Source of the DNA: an uncultured Chloroflexia bacterium
GTDB taxonomy: Bacteria > Chloroflexota > Limnocylindria > Limnocylindrales > CSP1-4
DNA: 64,000 bases
NCBI GenBank assembly: GCA_963757865.1
Contig: CAVWSU010000004.1
Coordinates: 23,474 to 87,473 of the forward strand
Direction: 5' to 3'
In this document: positions 19,847-29,113 of the stretch, piece after piece
Position numbering within the stretch: position 1 is the first letter of the stretch
Layout of the letters: each line of letters begins with the position of its first letter
The notes under the pieces: generated by a model
Seen by the model: the letters and a program-made list of their open reading frames with translations, nothing else
Told to the model about the DNA's origin: nothing
Database searches by the model: none
Translations under genes and position numbers: made by a program

Positions 19847-20557
19847 ATGAGCCACCTGCCTGCCATCCGCCGTCCCTCCATGCGGCCCGGCGCCGCCCTC
19901 GCCATCCTCCTGTCGATTGCGGCGTGCTCGGCCGTCGGCGTCGGGGGGACGACGCGAGTCGGTTCGCCGCCGTACGAGCGCGGGTCCGGGCACGTGACGA
20001 CCGTGGCCCGCTCGCTCGGTGCGTTTCACGCCGTCACCGCCGCGCAGGGCGTGCGGGTCGCGCTGTCGGCAGGCGCGTCCAGCGGCGCCAGGGTGACCGT
20101 CGACGACAACCTCGCGGACAACATCACGACGGAGGTTCGCGACGGCATCCTGCACGTCGAGGTGAGTGGCAGCATCGAGACGGCGACGCCACTCGACGTC
20201 GCGGTGACCACGAGCACGCCGCTCGACGGGATCTCCGTCGGCACCGGCGCGAGCGTGGACACCGAGGACGTGTCGGCGGGCGCGCTGGCCGTCAGCGTGA
20301 GCACTGGGGCGAGCATCCGCGCCGGCGGCAGGGCGAGCACCATCGACCTGTCGGTGGACACGGGTGCCACGGCCGACATGCGGAACGTCGAGGCGGGCTC
20401 CGCCGAGGTCCACGTCTCGACCGGAAGCACGGCCTACGTCAACGTCGGCGCGAGCGTGCGTGGCGACTGCACCGGCGGCTCGACGCTGCACGTTCGTGGC
20501 GCCCCGGCGACCGTCGACGTGGCCGCCGACGTCTCGTCCAGCGTGGAGCGGGAGTAG
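19847..20557 (+). CDS. Lipoprotein with DUF2807 / head GIN (putative adhesin beta-helix) domain
   Basis: Lipobox LSIAACS. FHAVTAAQGVRVALSAG ... DDNLADNITTEVRDGILHVEV, followed by repeated G-x-S/A-V/I beta-strand units through to the C-terminus. Confidence 0.75.
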   Translation: MSHLPAIRRPSMRPGAALAILLSIAACSAVGVGGTTRVGSPPYERGSGHVTTVARSLGAFHAVTAAQGVRVALSAGASSGARVTVDDNLADNITTEVRDGILHVEVSGSIETATPLDVAVTTSTPLDGISVGTGASVDTEDVSAGALAVSVSTGASIRAGGRASTIDLSVDTGATADMRNVEAGSAEVHVSTGSTAYVNVGASVRGDCTGGSTLHVRGAPATVDVAADVSSSVERE

Positions 20558-20564
20558 GCGAGCG

Positions 20565-20939
20565 TCAGCCCGCCGAGCCCTCGGACGGTCGGGTGCGGAT
20601 CGCGGCATTGATCGCTTTCACCGTGGCGACCGGATCCGCGACCTCGACGACGAGCGCGCGGTAATGCTCATGATCGAGGTCGATCTTCACCGCGTTCTCG
20701 GGACGATGCACGTCCATGAACAGCCACTCGCCGTCGTAGAAGCTCCCCGCCGCAACGACGCCCGGAAGTGACGTGCCCATCAGCCGGATCCCGTGCGGCT
20801 CACGAAGCGCGTCCGGGTCCTGGCTTGCGCCCCGCACGTGCGCGAGCGGCACGTCCAGCGTGCTGTGCAGCGCGAGCACCTTGTCGAACCCTTCGACGAC
20901 GACTCGAAGGTGTCCTTCGCCGATCTCGACCTCGGTCAT
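20565..20939 (-). CDS. Hypothetical small cytoplasmic protein (possibly PH-like fold)
   Basis: ORF 20565..20993 trimmed to ATG 20939 (MTEVEIGEGHLRVVVEGFDKVLAL ...). Good codon bias. No confident family assignment. Confidence 0.5.
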   Translation of the reverse strand: MTEVEIGEGHLRVVVEGFDKVLALHSTLDVPLAHVRGASQDPDALREPHGIRLMGTSLPGVVAAGSFYDGEWLFMDVHRPENAVKIDLDHEHYRALVVEVADPVATVKAINAAIRTRPSEGSAG

Positions 20940-21033
20940 CGGTTCCTCCACAATGCCGGGATGGCCGGACCCGACTGTATGTCCCGGGTCCACCTATAGT
21001 GGCGGAGATGCATCCCGCAGGTCCGGTGACCAC

Positions 21034-21720
21034 ATGATGGAGCGCCCGGCGAACCCGGACGGCATGGAGCGCCCGACGAACCCCGACGGCATGGAGCGCC
21101 CGGCGAATCCCAGCGGCTCCGGTCCGACCCGCCGTGTCGACCGGCGGCGCGTCCGCGGCTGGGTGCTGGAGATCGTCGAGACGGTCGTCCTCACGCTCGT
21201 GCTGTTCCTGGGCATCCAGGCATTCGTCGCGCGTCCGTACCAGGTCCACCAGGAGAGCATGGAAACCACGCTCCTGCCCAACCAGTACGTGCTCGTCGAC
21301 AAGCTGACACCGCACATCGAGCCCTACAAGCGCGGCGACATCGTGATCTTCGCTCCGCCGGGTCAGCCTCCGGGCAGCACGCCGTTCATCAAGCGCGTCA
21401 TCGGTCTCCCCGGCGACCGGATCACGCTGCGAGACGGCCACGTGTTCCTGGACGGCCAGGAGATCGTCGAGCCGTACGTCTACGAGGGGCAACCGACCGA
21501 GCCGATGGGGGGACTGTCCCAGTGGGTGGTCCCGGCGGGCACCCTGTTCGTCCTGGGCGACCACCGGGCGGTCTCCGATGATTCGCGCGTCTTCGGGCCC
21601 GTCCCGATCGCCAGCGTGATCGGCCGGGCGTGGCTGCGCTACTGGCCGATCGACACGTTCGAGGTGCTCGCGACGCCGACGTACCCGAACCTTGGTCACG
21701 CCGGAGGTTCGGGCGGCTGA
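21034..21720 (+). CDS. lepB: Signal peptidase I
   Basis: TM anchor VLEIVETVVLTLVLFLGIQAF. Catalytic Ser motif QESMETTL. FIKRVIGLPGD and GDHRAVSDDSR boxes. The N-terminus carries three ATG-initiated 9-aa repeats. Confidence 0.92.
   Translation: MMERPANPDGMERPTNPDGMERPANPSGSGPTRRVDRRRVRGWVLEIVETVVLTLVLFLGIQAFVARPYQVHQESMETTLLPNQYVLVDKLTPHIEPYKRGDIVIFAPPGQPPGSTPFIKRVIGLPGDRITLRDGHVFLDGQEIVEPYVYEGQPTEPMGGLSQWVVPAGTLFVLGDHRAVSDDSRVFGPVPIASVIGRAWLRYWPIDTFEVLATPTYPNLGHAGGSGG
21037..21117 (+). repeat. 27-bp tandem repeat x3 at the 5' end of lepB
   Basis: atggagcgcccggcgaacccggacggc (21037-21063), then atggagcgcccgacgaaccccgacggc (21064-21090), then atggagcgcccggcgaatcccagcggc (21091-21117). They encode MERPANPDG / MERPTNPDG / MERPANPSG. 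Confidence 0.95.
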
Positions 21721-22334
21721 CCCAGTCGGACGCTCAAGCTCGAGCCGTACCGGCGCTGGAGCGCCTCGTGCGTCAGCCACACGTCGCTGGAACGCAGCGC
21801 GCCATGCCCCCGCTGCAGGCGTTCACGCCCGATGACCGACCAGCGCGCGAGGAGCCAGCGGAGGAACCAGTCGTCCAGGCGGGTCCTGGGCGTGCGCGGA
21901 CGCGGCCGCACCTCGAAGCCGAGACGCCGCGCAAAGGGGCCCATCAGGGTCGCGCCCGTATAGGCGACGGGCCGGCGGCCGGGAGGCTGCCGTTCCGCCC
22001 AGGCGGCCAGCCGGACCAGGTCGGCGCGGGCTTCGCGGAGGCCGCTCACCTGCCAGGCGGGCATCGCGAGGTCGTGCGCCCGCGGATTCCGGATGTGCAA
22101 CGTCGCCACCGGGTCACCGGCCCGGATCGTCGCGCCGTCGCCCAGTTCCAGCCCTGGACCGTGATGCCGACCGAACTCCAGCCCCAGGACTCCGTCGCGC
22201 CGGATGGGCCGGATGTGCCGCCGGCGGCGGTCGAGCTCCTCCCAGCGCCGCAGGATCGGGTCGAGCAGGCGCGCCGGTGCGGGCCGGTGGAAGCGGGGCC
22301 GTCGACGCGCGCGATGCGGCCGGGACTCAGGCAT
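21696..22334 (-). CDS. Hypothetical protein, possibly YkoP-like
   Basis: 212-aa Arg-rich ORF. Its start overlaps the stop of the upstream MFS gene by 8 nt, suggesting an operon. The block GLEFGRHHGPGLELGDGATIRAGDPVATLHIRN resembles YkoP-type proteins from memory only. Confidence 0.5.
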   Translation of the reverse strand: MPESRPHRARRRPRFHRPAPARLLDPILRRWEELDRRRRHIRPIRRDGVLGLEFGRHHGPGLELGDGATIRAGDPVATLHIRNPRAHDLAMPAWQVSGLREARADLVRLAAWAERQPPGRRPVAYTGATLMGPFARRLGFEVRPRPRTPRTRLDDWFLRWLLARWSVIGRERLQRGHGALRSSDVWLTHEALQRRYGSSLSVRLGQPPEPPA

Positions 22335-23760
22335 CGCCGGGCTCCAGCGGATCGATCGACGGCGTGGCCGCCCCGGCCGCCGGCTCGTGAACGTGCATGA
22401 CGCTCCACGCGCCCAGCGCGAACTCGAGCGCGGCGATGACGAAGATCACGCGATATCCCAGGCCGAACCGGTAGCCGTTGACGAGATCCGCGACCGGGCC
22501 GCCGACCGCCACGGCCAGCACGCCCGCACCCGCCGTCACCGTGTTCGACAGCCCCAGGTACCTTCCGGCCTGGTCGAGCGGCGCCACATCGGTGAGGAGC
22601 GCCCAGTCGGCCGACAGGAACACGCCGAGCGCCAGGCCGAACGGGATGGCGATGGCGAAGAGCGAGAGGTAGTTCGGGGCGACGGCGAACAGGAAGGCAC
22701 CCACCGTCCCGCTGACCGCGCTCAGGGCCACCGTCCGGACGCGCCCCCAGCGCGCCGTGAGAGCCCCGCCCGGGATCGCCGACACGAGGGCCACGAGCGC
22801 GACAGCACCGGCCAGCGGCGCGAACGCGAGGCCGGCATTCGCCCCGAGCCCGAGCGTGTCCTCCAGGTAGTAGTAGGCGAACGGCTGGAGCGTGCCGGCG
22901 GCCATCAGGATCGCGAGGCGCGAGCCCAGCAGCCAGAGATAGTCGCGCTGCTCCAGCACGTCCCGTCCCCAGACCTCGAGCACCATCCGGCGCACGGGGA
23001 CGGCCCAGCGGCCGGGATGGGCGAGCTCGCGGGCCCAGTCGACGGTCGCACCGCGGTCGCCCGAGGAACGGCCGAGCGTCTCGTGCATCGTCGTCGCCGT
23101 GATCACCGTCCCGACGAGCAGGGCACCCGCCGAGAAGACGACGGCGAGCGGGACGTCACCAACGGCCAGCGCCACGCCGCTCAGCGCGACGCCGACGACG
23201 TTGCCGGCCAGGTTCCCCGCGCCGATGAAGCCCGACGCAAGGCCACGCTCGCCCGGCGGGACCATGTCGGGCAGCAGTCCCTGGTACGGACCCTGCGCGG
23301 TGTTCGACGCGAGCTCGATGGAGAGCATGACGAGCAGGATCGCCCAGTACGCCCCGGCAACGACGAGGAGCAGGATCAGCACCGTCTGGGCCGCGACGCC
23401 CGCCACCATCAGCGGCCGGCGGCGCCCCCACGGCGTGACGAGATGGTCGCTCGCCGCCCCACTCAGGGGCTGGACCAGGATCGACACGAGGGCCTGCAGG
23501 GCCGCGATCGCCGAGAGCGCGGTCGTCTTGATCGAGCCCGGCACCGCCTGTTCGACAAGTCGTGGCAGGACGATCGTGGTGAGGCTGCCCCAGGTGATCG
23601 AGAGCCCGAGCCAGTAGGCGGTCATCGCGCCCAGCTCGCGCAGCCCCATCCTGGCCCGTAGGTCGGGGCCGCTCGCTGCGATCGCGGCTGACGGACCGGT
23701 CATCGCGGGTGTGGGGCCGGTCGCGGGCGTGGGGCCGGTCGCAGGCGCCGGACCGGTCAT
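22327..23760 (-). CDS. MFS transporter
   Basis: About 12 predicted TM helices. SDHLVTPWGRRRPLMV loop motif. The N-terminus has a repeated TGP(A/T)PA segment with three possible ATG starts (23760, 23703, 23649). Confidence 0.85.
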   Translation of the reverse strand: MTGPAPATGPTPATGPTPAMTGPSAAIAASGPDLRARMGLRELGAMTAYWLGLSITWGSLTTIVLPRLVEQAVPGSIKTTALSAIAALQALVSILVQPLSGAASDHLVTPWGRRRPLMVAGVAAQTVLILLLVVAGAYWAILLVMLSIELASNTAQGPYQGLLPDMVPPGERGLASGFIGAGNLAGNVVGVALSGVALAVGDVPLAVVFSAGALLVGTVITATTMHETLGRSSGDRGATVDWARELAHPGRWAVPVRRMVLEVWGRDVLEQRDYLWLLGSRLAILMAAGTLQPFAYYYLEDTLGLGANAGLAFAPLAGAVALVALVSAIPGGALTARWGRVRTVALSAVSGTVGAFLFAVAPNYLSLFAIAIPFGLALGVFLSADWALLTDVAPLDQAGRYLGLSNTVTAGAGVLAVAVGGPVADLVNGYRFGLGYRVIFVIAALEFALGAWSVMHVHEPAAGAATPSIDPLEPGDA

Positions 23761-23998
23761 CGCGGCCGGCTCCGGGCGCCCCGCGGGGTCCGGATCGAGC
23801 CGGAGGACGCCTGCGGCCAGGACGCGCTGGTGTCGGACACGACCTCCACGGTGGGCCCCCGGTCTCGCGCTCGTTACCGTCCGCTGCCGGATGCGACGGT
23901 ACCGCCTTCCGGTTCGGGCCGCACGTGCGCGACTGGGCCGGCGCTCGGAGCTCGTCAGCGTGGCCGGATGCGTGCCGCTGCCGGCACGCTCGCGTCGA

Positions 23999-24523
23999 TC
24001 AGGCGGTCGGGCTGCCGGTCACCGGAGTCGTGGGCGTCGAAGCGGGTGAGGGAGTCGGCCGCGATGCGGCGGGGGTCGGGGTCGGAGGAGGTGTCGGGGT
24101 GGCCCGCGGCGTGGGCGTGGGCGTCGGAGCAGGAGTCGGCGTCGCCGTGGGAGAAGGAGTCGGCTTCGGCGTGGGCCGTGGGGTCGGCGCCGGGGTGCGC
24201 GTGGGGGAGGGGGTCGGCGAAGGCGTCGGAGCCTGGTCCGACGCGCCCGGGATCGGGCTCGACGCGAACTCGCTGGCTCCCGCGCTCGCAGCCGGCGGCA
24301 GGCTTGCAGCGCCGGGCGACGTGGCGGAGACGGTCGCCGCGGCACTCGGTGGTTGGGAGGTGGTGACGACGGGTGTCGAGGACGACCCGAGGTCCGGCAG
24401 GGAGACCACGGCGAAGCCGATGAGCGCCGCAATGAAGAGCAGCAGCATCAGGGTCGTGCCCAGGTCGGACGCGTCGAGAAGCCCCGTCCAGGGTGACTGC
24501 CGCCGATCGCGTCCCGAGCGCAT
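23999..24523 (-). CDS. Single-pass membrane protein with a long Pro/Thr-rich extracellular tail
   Basis: TM segment [20 protein letters not shown], followed by about 110 aa of PT/PS repeats ([40 protein letters not shown]). Codon bias fits this frame. Confidence 0.5.
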   Translation of the reverse strand: MRSGRDRRQSPWTGLLDASDLGTTLMLLLFIAALIGFAVVSLPDLGSSSTPVVTTSQPPSAAATVSATSPGAASLPPAASAGASEFASSPIPGASDQAPTPSPTPSPTRTPAPTPRPTPKPTPSPTATPTPAPTPTPTPRATPTPPPTPTPAASRPTPSPASTPTTPVTGSPTA

Positions 24524-24742
24524 GGGATGAGGCTACAGGGTCTGGCCCCGGACGTGGGGCGGGGCCGCGGCGACGACTGCTTCTTCGGGGTGCTTCAGTA
24601 ACACCAGGACCAATCAGGTGTTTGTCGGGTCAGGGATCCGAGCGTCTCGAAACGCGACCGCTTCACCGGCGTTTCCGACGCCTCCGGGCGGCATCGCCTG
24701 CCGGCGACGCTACACGGCCGGAATCGGGCGCGAACCCGGCCG

Positions 24743-25480
24743 TCACTTCCACTCGATCGTGACGACATCGATCGGTTCGGCCAGACCTTTGAGCTGGAGC
24801 GACCGTGGATTCGAGGTCACGAAGTGTGACCCCTCCACCGTGACGCGGCTGGCGATGATCTCGCCGCTGTCGGCGGCCGAGCCGATGCGCGCTGCCTCGT
24901 GGACACCCTTGCCGTGGTAGTTCTGGCCGACCTGCTGGGCGTTCGCGAGGTGGATGCCGATCCGGATCTGCGGCGCGAACCCGGAGGTCCGGCGGTGATC
25001 CGCGAGCGTCCGTTGAATGGCCACGGCGCAGGCCAGCGCATCGTCCGGTGCGTCGAAGCCGACGAAGAAGCCGTCTCCCGTCGAGACGACCTCCTGACCG
25101 TGGTGCGTCGCGAACTGGCCCCGCAGGGTCTCGTCGTGCCACTGGAGCAGGGTCTGCCAGGCATCGTCACCGAGGGCGACGGCGAGGTTGGTCGAGCCGA
25201 CCATGTCGGTGAACATGAACGTCTTGACGACGCGGCGCGTCGCGGCCGCCCGGCCACGCTGGGCCCACGGCAGGACGTCTCCGACCTCCTCGAGCTCGAT
25301 AGCCATGGTCGGGCAGGCGCTCGCCGCCTCCCTGAGCATCTCCTCGTCGACACTGTCCGCCGCAAGGACGTCGGCCTTGAACAGGTCGCCCTTGAGCCAA
25401 TCGAAGACGGTCGGCGCGATGGCCATGCAGTTGCCGGCGCCGATGCATCGCGGGCGATCGATCCGGACCTGCAGCGTCAC
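24743..25480 (-). CDS. Fusion: [3Fe-4S]-type ferredoxin domain + class III adenylate/guanylate cyclase catalytic domain
   Basis: N-terminal VRIDRPRCIGAGNCMAIAPTVFD ... ASACPTMAIELEE is a C-x5-C ... CP single-cluster ferredoxin pattern. C-terminal cyclase motifs are KTFMFTDMVGSTNL, STGDGFFVGFD, IRIGIHLA and GKGVHEAARI. The GTG start overlaps the stop of the upstream regulator (GTGA at 25477-25480). Confidence 0.85.
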   Translation of the reverse strand: MTLQVRIDRPRCIGAGNCMAIAPTVFDWLKGDLFKADVLAADSVDEEMLREAASACPTMAIELEEVGDVLPWAQRGRAAATRRVVKTFMFTDMVGSTNLAVALGDDAWQTLLQWHDETLRGQFATHHGQEVVSTGDGFFVGFDAPDDALACAVAIQRTLADHRRTSGFAPQIRIGIHLANAQQVGQNYHGKGVHEAARIGSAADSGEIIASRVTVEGSHFVTSNPRSLQLKGLAEPIDVVTIEWK

Positions 25481-28400
25481 CGTGCGTCCTCCCCGGTGGG
25501 TTGCGGGCCAGCGCCCGTCGTCGACCGTGCTTCCTCGCGCAGGGCGAGCGCCGTCGCCTCGGACCGCGAACTCACACCGAGCCGCGCGTACATCCCGACC
25601 AGCGCCCGCTCGATCGCAGGCTCCGAGAGTCCAAGCGCCTCGGCAATCTCGGTGTTGGTGCGGCCGTCGGTCACGAGCCGCAGCAGGTCCCGGCCGGTGT
25701 CATCGAGCCCGAGAACCGCCCGTGCGGCTCCGGCATCGGCGCTGACGCCGGCGCCCAGCGCGGCCAGGTGTCGACCGAGCGGGCCGCGGAACCAGCGGAC
25801 CCGCACGGACTCGTCGAGCGTGCGCTGGGCGATGAGAGCTCGGAGCCGTAGTACCTCCTGGCGCAGCGCCTGGTTCTCATCCGGTGGACTGCCGGCGAGA
25901 ACGATCCGCGCGGCCGGGATGAAGATCTCGAGGTGCGGGTCCTCGCGCATCGCGGCTTCGCGCTGCTCGAGCGCCGCTCTCGCGAAGTCCCGGGCCCGGT
26001 CTCCATCTCCTCGTGCGTCGGCGACGACGGCGGCCGCAGCGTCCGCCTGCGCCCCCCAGAGGGGGTGGCCGGGCAGGAGGAGCACGAGTTGGCGGGCCTC
26101 GTCTGCGGCGGCCTCGGCGAGGTCCAGCAGCGCCCGGTCACCTGACGCAGCGCCCAGCCCAGCGGCCTGGAGCGCAAGGGTCGCTGATGCTTCACAGCGC
26201 CCGGCCGGCCGCGCCTGGGTCGTCGCCAGGTCGCGGGCCTGCTCGAGATGCACGACCATGCTCGCCGCGTCCCCCCGGGCTGCGGCCAGCATTCCTCTCC
26301 AGGTCTCGAGCTGGCGAGCCCGGAGCGGGCTCGGGGCCGCGGACACGGCGTTCGCCGCACGGTCCAGCCACCGGTCGGCCTCGCCCGGATCGTCGAGCTC
26401 GAGCAGCGCCATCGCGGTCCCTCCGGCCGCAAGGAACTCGATGGCCTGGTCCCCGACCTCTCTCGCCTTCTCGTATGCCTCGGCACCGCGCGAGACCGCG
26501 AGGTCCGGGATGACCTTGGAGCGCGCGAAGAGGTGAACCCCGTAGATCAGCTGGGCCTCCGCCGTGGAGCGCTCGCTCTCCCGGCTCAGCGACCGCATCT
26601 GGGCCGCGAGACGCCGGATTTCCTCGAACGCCTGCGCGGGGTTTCCACCCAGGTGGACCTCGGCTGCCTGGCTGTGGTAGGCGACGGCGATGACGGCCGA
26701 CATCGTGCCGCGGCGATCCCCGAGGCTCTCGTACAGCTCCAGGGACCGCTGGAGGAAGGCGCCCGTCTCGATGAAGAGCGGCAGGATCGGGAGTTCCGGC
26801 AGGATCGCCGCGAGCTCGACGCCCTGCGCGACTCGCTCGATGACGCCGACGTGCGCGCCCGTCCGGACCCAGTCGACGAACCAGGCCCGGATGCGTGCCA
26901 CGCCGATGACGCCGCGCTCGCGAAGGGCCGCGGCGAGGCTCGGTCGGTCCTCGAGTTGCTCGGCGAGCTCGATGGCGCGTTCATAGGCCTCGGCGCCGCC
27001 ATCGAGGTCGACATCGCCCGAGGCAGGCGTGTATCCCTCGCCGATCGCCATGTGCAGACAGTCCTGTCCCAGTTCGAGGCACGCGGCCAGCTCGCGGCCG
27101 GGGTCGCCTGCTTCCGCGGCCCGGCGCCGAACCTCGCGGGCGAGGACGGCGGCGCGGTCGTGCTGTTCGTCGAGACGAAGCGAGGCAGCGCGGCGGAGCA
27201 TGACCTCGAGCTCGAGCGGCCCGTCGCCGGCCGCTTCGGCAAGCGCGGCGAGCTCGGCCAGTCCCTCGAGGCGCTCAGGTAACCGACACAACATGTCGAG
27301 CGCGTCGTCGCGCGCGCGAAGGAGCGCCACGCGCTCGGCTCGCGTCGCGGCCATCGGGAGCGCCTCCTCGACGATCCTGAGCGCTTCCTCGGGGGCGTTC
27401 GCAGCAAGCGCCGCCGCCGCCGCGCCCACGGAGAACCTGATACTGCGCTCGGTGTCGCCGGCGGCGAGCGCGTGCCGAGCAAGGACCGGCATGAGCGATG
27501 CGGGTGGATCGCCGTCGGCGGTAAGCATGTCGATGACTGCCGCGTGAAGGGCGCGCCGGCGCTCGGCCGCGAGGAGCCCGAGTGCGAACTGCCGTACTTG
27601 CTCATGGCTGAACCGGTAGACCGCGGCTGTGCCATCGCCGGGCGCCTCGAGCAGCCCGGCAGCGAGAGCCGGCTGGAGGCTGTCCGCGAGCGTCGCGACG
27701 GTACAGGTTGCATCGCCGAGCTGCGTTCGAAGGCCGCAGAGGTCCTCCAGTCGGAAGCTCCGGCCGAGGACGGCGGCCTCGGAGAGGGCGATCCTCGAGG
27801 TGCCGTCGAGGTGAGCTGCACGCCGGTCGACGAGGGTCCGGACGGCCGAGGGGAGGAGACGACGGGCTTTCCAGTCGAGCCGCCACACGCCATCGATCCG
27901 TTGGAGCAGGCTGGCGTCACGGTAGCTCCGGACCAGTTCCACGGCGACGAACGGGACTCCCTCGGCCTGTCCGTGGATCGTCGCTGCGCTTGCCGGTTCG
28001 ACCTGACCGCCAAGCCCGAGCCGGAGGAGTTCCGCCGTCTCGGACTGGCGGAACCGGCCGAGTCGCATGCGCCGAACGATGCCCATCCGCTCGAGGTCGG
28101 CGAGGAGGTTGACCAGCTCACTGGCCTGGGCAGCCTCCTCGGACCGCAGGGCCAGCACCACGAGGATCGGAAGGGTCGGCTCGGTCCGGATGAGATAGCG
28201 CAGCAGGCGAAGGCTGTCGGTGTCGGCCCACTGGACGTCATCGAGGAGGAGGGCGATTGGATGCTCCAGCGCCATCATCCGCAGCGCGATCGTCGCCTGG
28301 TCGAGGGCCCGAAGCATCCGCTCGTCGGGTGGCAGGCCGCTCAGGTCCGGATCGCGTCCGGCGAGCGCGCCACGCGCACGGTCGACGGCCTCGAGTGCCG

Positions 28401-28755
28401 GAGATCCTGGCTCGGCAGCCATGGCCCAGCCACTGAGGATCCCCCTGGCGAACAGAAAAGGCCCGCGGATTTCCTCGTCCGCGGTCGCCTCGACCGGCAT
28501 GAACCCCGCGTCCTCGGCCAGCGGCGCGTCTGCGCGCAGGAGGTAGCTCTTGCCGATCCCGGGCTCACCCTCGAGGCTCAGGGCGGTGATTCCCGAGCGC
28601 GATCTCGTGAGCGCTGTCTCGACCGCGGCCAACTCTGCGGAACGCCCGACCACGGTCTCGGCGATGCGCCGTGATCGAGGAGCCGGGCTCGGGGACGCGC
28701 CGCTGATCACGTCTGGTTGCGGGCTGCTGCCGCCGCCATGATTGTGAAGGCCCAC
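25477..28755 (-). CDS. Large ATP-dependent LuxR-family (LAL/MalT-like) regulator: AAA_16 NTPase + TPR-like helical repeats + C-terminal LuxR HTH
   Basis: VVGRSAELAAVE ... LSLEGEPGIGKSYLL (P-loop), LLLDDVQWADTDSL (Walker B), about 700 aa of helical repeats, then C-terminal LLRLVTDGRTNTEIAEALGLSEPAIERALVGMYARLGV. The ORF extends to 29415 but upstream of about 28760 it is junk and crosses tRNA-His. Start candidates are GTG 28755 or GTG 28710. Confidence 0.85.
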   Translation of the reverse strand: MGLHNHGGGSSPQPDVISGASPSPAPRSRRIAETVVGRSAELAAVETALTRSRSGITALSLEGEPGIGKSYLLRADAPLAEDAGFMPVEATADEEIRGPFLFARGILSGWAMAAEPGSPALEAVDRARGALAGRDPDLSGLPPDERMLRALDQATIALRMMALEHPIALLLDDVQWADTDSLRLLRYLIRTEPTLPILVVLALRSEEAAQASELVNLLADLERMGIVRRMRLGRFRQSETAELLRLGLGGQVEPASAATIHGQAEGVPFVAVELVRSYRDASLLQRIDGVWRLDWKARRLLPSAVRTLVDRRAAHLDGTSRIALSEAAVLGRSFRLEDLCGLRTQLGDATCTVATLADSLQPALAAGLLEAPGDGTAAVYRFSHEQVRQFALGLLAAERRRALHAAVIDMLTADGDPPASLMPVLARHALAAGDTERSIRFSVGAAAAALAANAPEEALRIVEEALPMAATRAERVALLRARDDALDMLCRLPERLEGLAELAALAEAAGDGPLELEVMLRRAASLRLDEQHDRAAVLAREVRRRAAEAGDPGRELAACLELGQDCLHMAIGEGYTPASGDVDLDGGAEAYERAIELAEQLEDRPSLAAALRERGVIGVARIRAWFVDWVRTGAHVGVIERVAQGVELAAILPELPILPLFIETGAFLQRSLELYESLGDRRGTMSAVIAVAYHSQAAEVHLGGNPAQAFEEIRRLAAQMRSLSRESERSTAEAQLIYGVHLFARSKVIPDLAVSRGAEAYEKAREVGDQAIEFLAAGGTAMALLELDDPGEADRWLDRAANAVSAAPSPLRARQLETWRGMLAAARGDAASMVVHLEQARDLATTQARPAGRCEASATLALQAAGLGAASGDRALLDLAEAAADEARQLVLLLPGHPLWGAQADAAAAVVADARGDGDRARDFARAALEQREAAMREDPHLEIFIPAARIVLAGSPPDENQALRQEVLRLRALIAQRTLDESVRVRWFRGPLGRHLAALGAGVSADAGAARAVLGLDDTGRDLLRLVTDGRTNTEIAEALGLSEPAIERALVGMYARLGVSSRSEATALALREEARSTTGAGPQPTGEDAR

Positions 28756-28969
28756 GACGGCCCGTTCGGCCCCCCGACAGAGTCGCTGGGGATGTGCGTC
28801 ACGTGGTCCTCCGCGACCGCCGCCCCGCCGGGCAATGTCCGGGCGCCGCGATCGCGGGACGGACAAGCAGCTTAGCAGGACTCGACATCGCGCAGCCCCA
28901 CAGGTGGGCCCGAAAGGGCGACGGGTACCACGCGCCGGTGGTGGGTTGCCCGTCGCGACCTGCCGGCCG

Positions 28970-29068
28970 GCGCTGGCCGACGTCGCCGTCGACGTCGGGT
29001 TCGCCGACCAGGCACATCTCTCCCGCCGCTTCCGGCAGTACCTGGGCACCTCGCCGGGGCAATTCCGG
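28970..29068 (+). pseudogene. Remnant of the C-terminal HTH of an AraC-family regulator
   Basis: LADVAVDVGFADQAHLSRRFRQYLGTSPGQFR matches the second AraC HTH signature (GF-x-D/S-x-x-x-F/L-S-R-x-F-x-x-x-x-G-x-S/T-P-x-x-F/Y-R). No intact N-terminal part exists in any frame, and the ORF runs into tRNA-His. Confidence 0.5.
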
Positions 29069-29113
29069 ACGGCAGACTCGTGCTCAGCAGTTCGTGCCCA
29101 GAACGGGGGGAAT

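Noticed and set aside
24040-24230. Short periodic DNA repeats (also at 29980-30200) that could suggest a CRISPR or minisatellite array
   Set aside because: The period is codon-level (6-12 nt), with no constant repeat and variable spacer structure. The repeats translate to Pro/Thr linkers inside ORFs, and no cas genes are present.
24714-24743. GC hairpin (ACGGCCGG-N14-CCGGCCGT) at the 3' end of the cyclase gene as an intrinsic terminator
   Set aside because: It overlaps the stop codon, has a long 14-nt loop and no trailing U-tract. This is not enough evidence to call a terminator.
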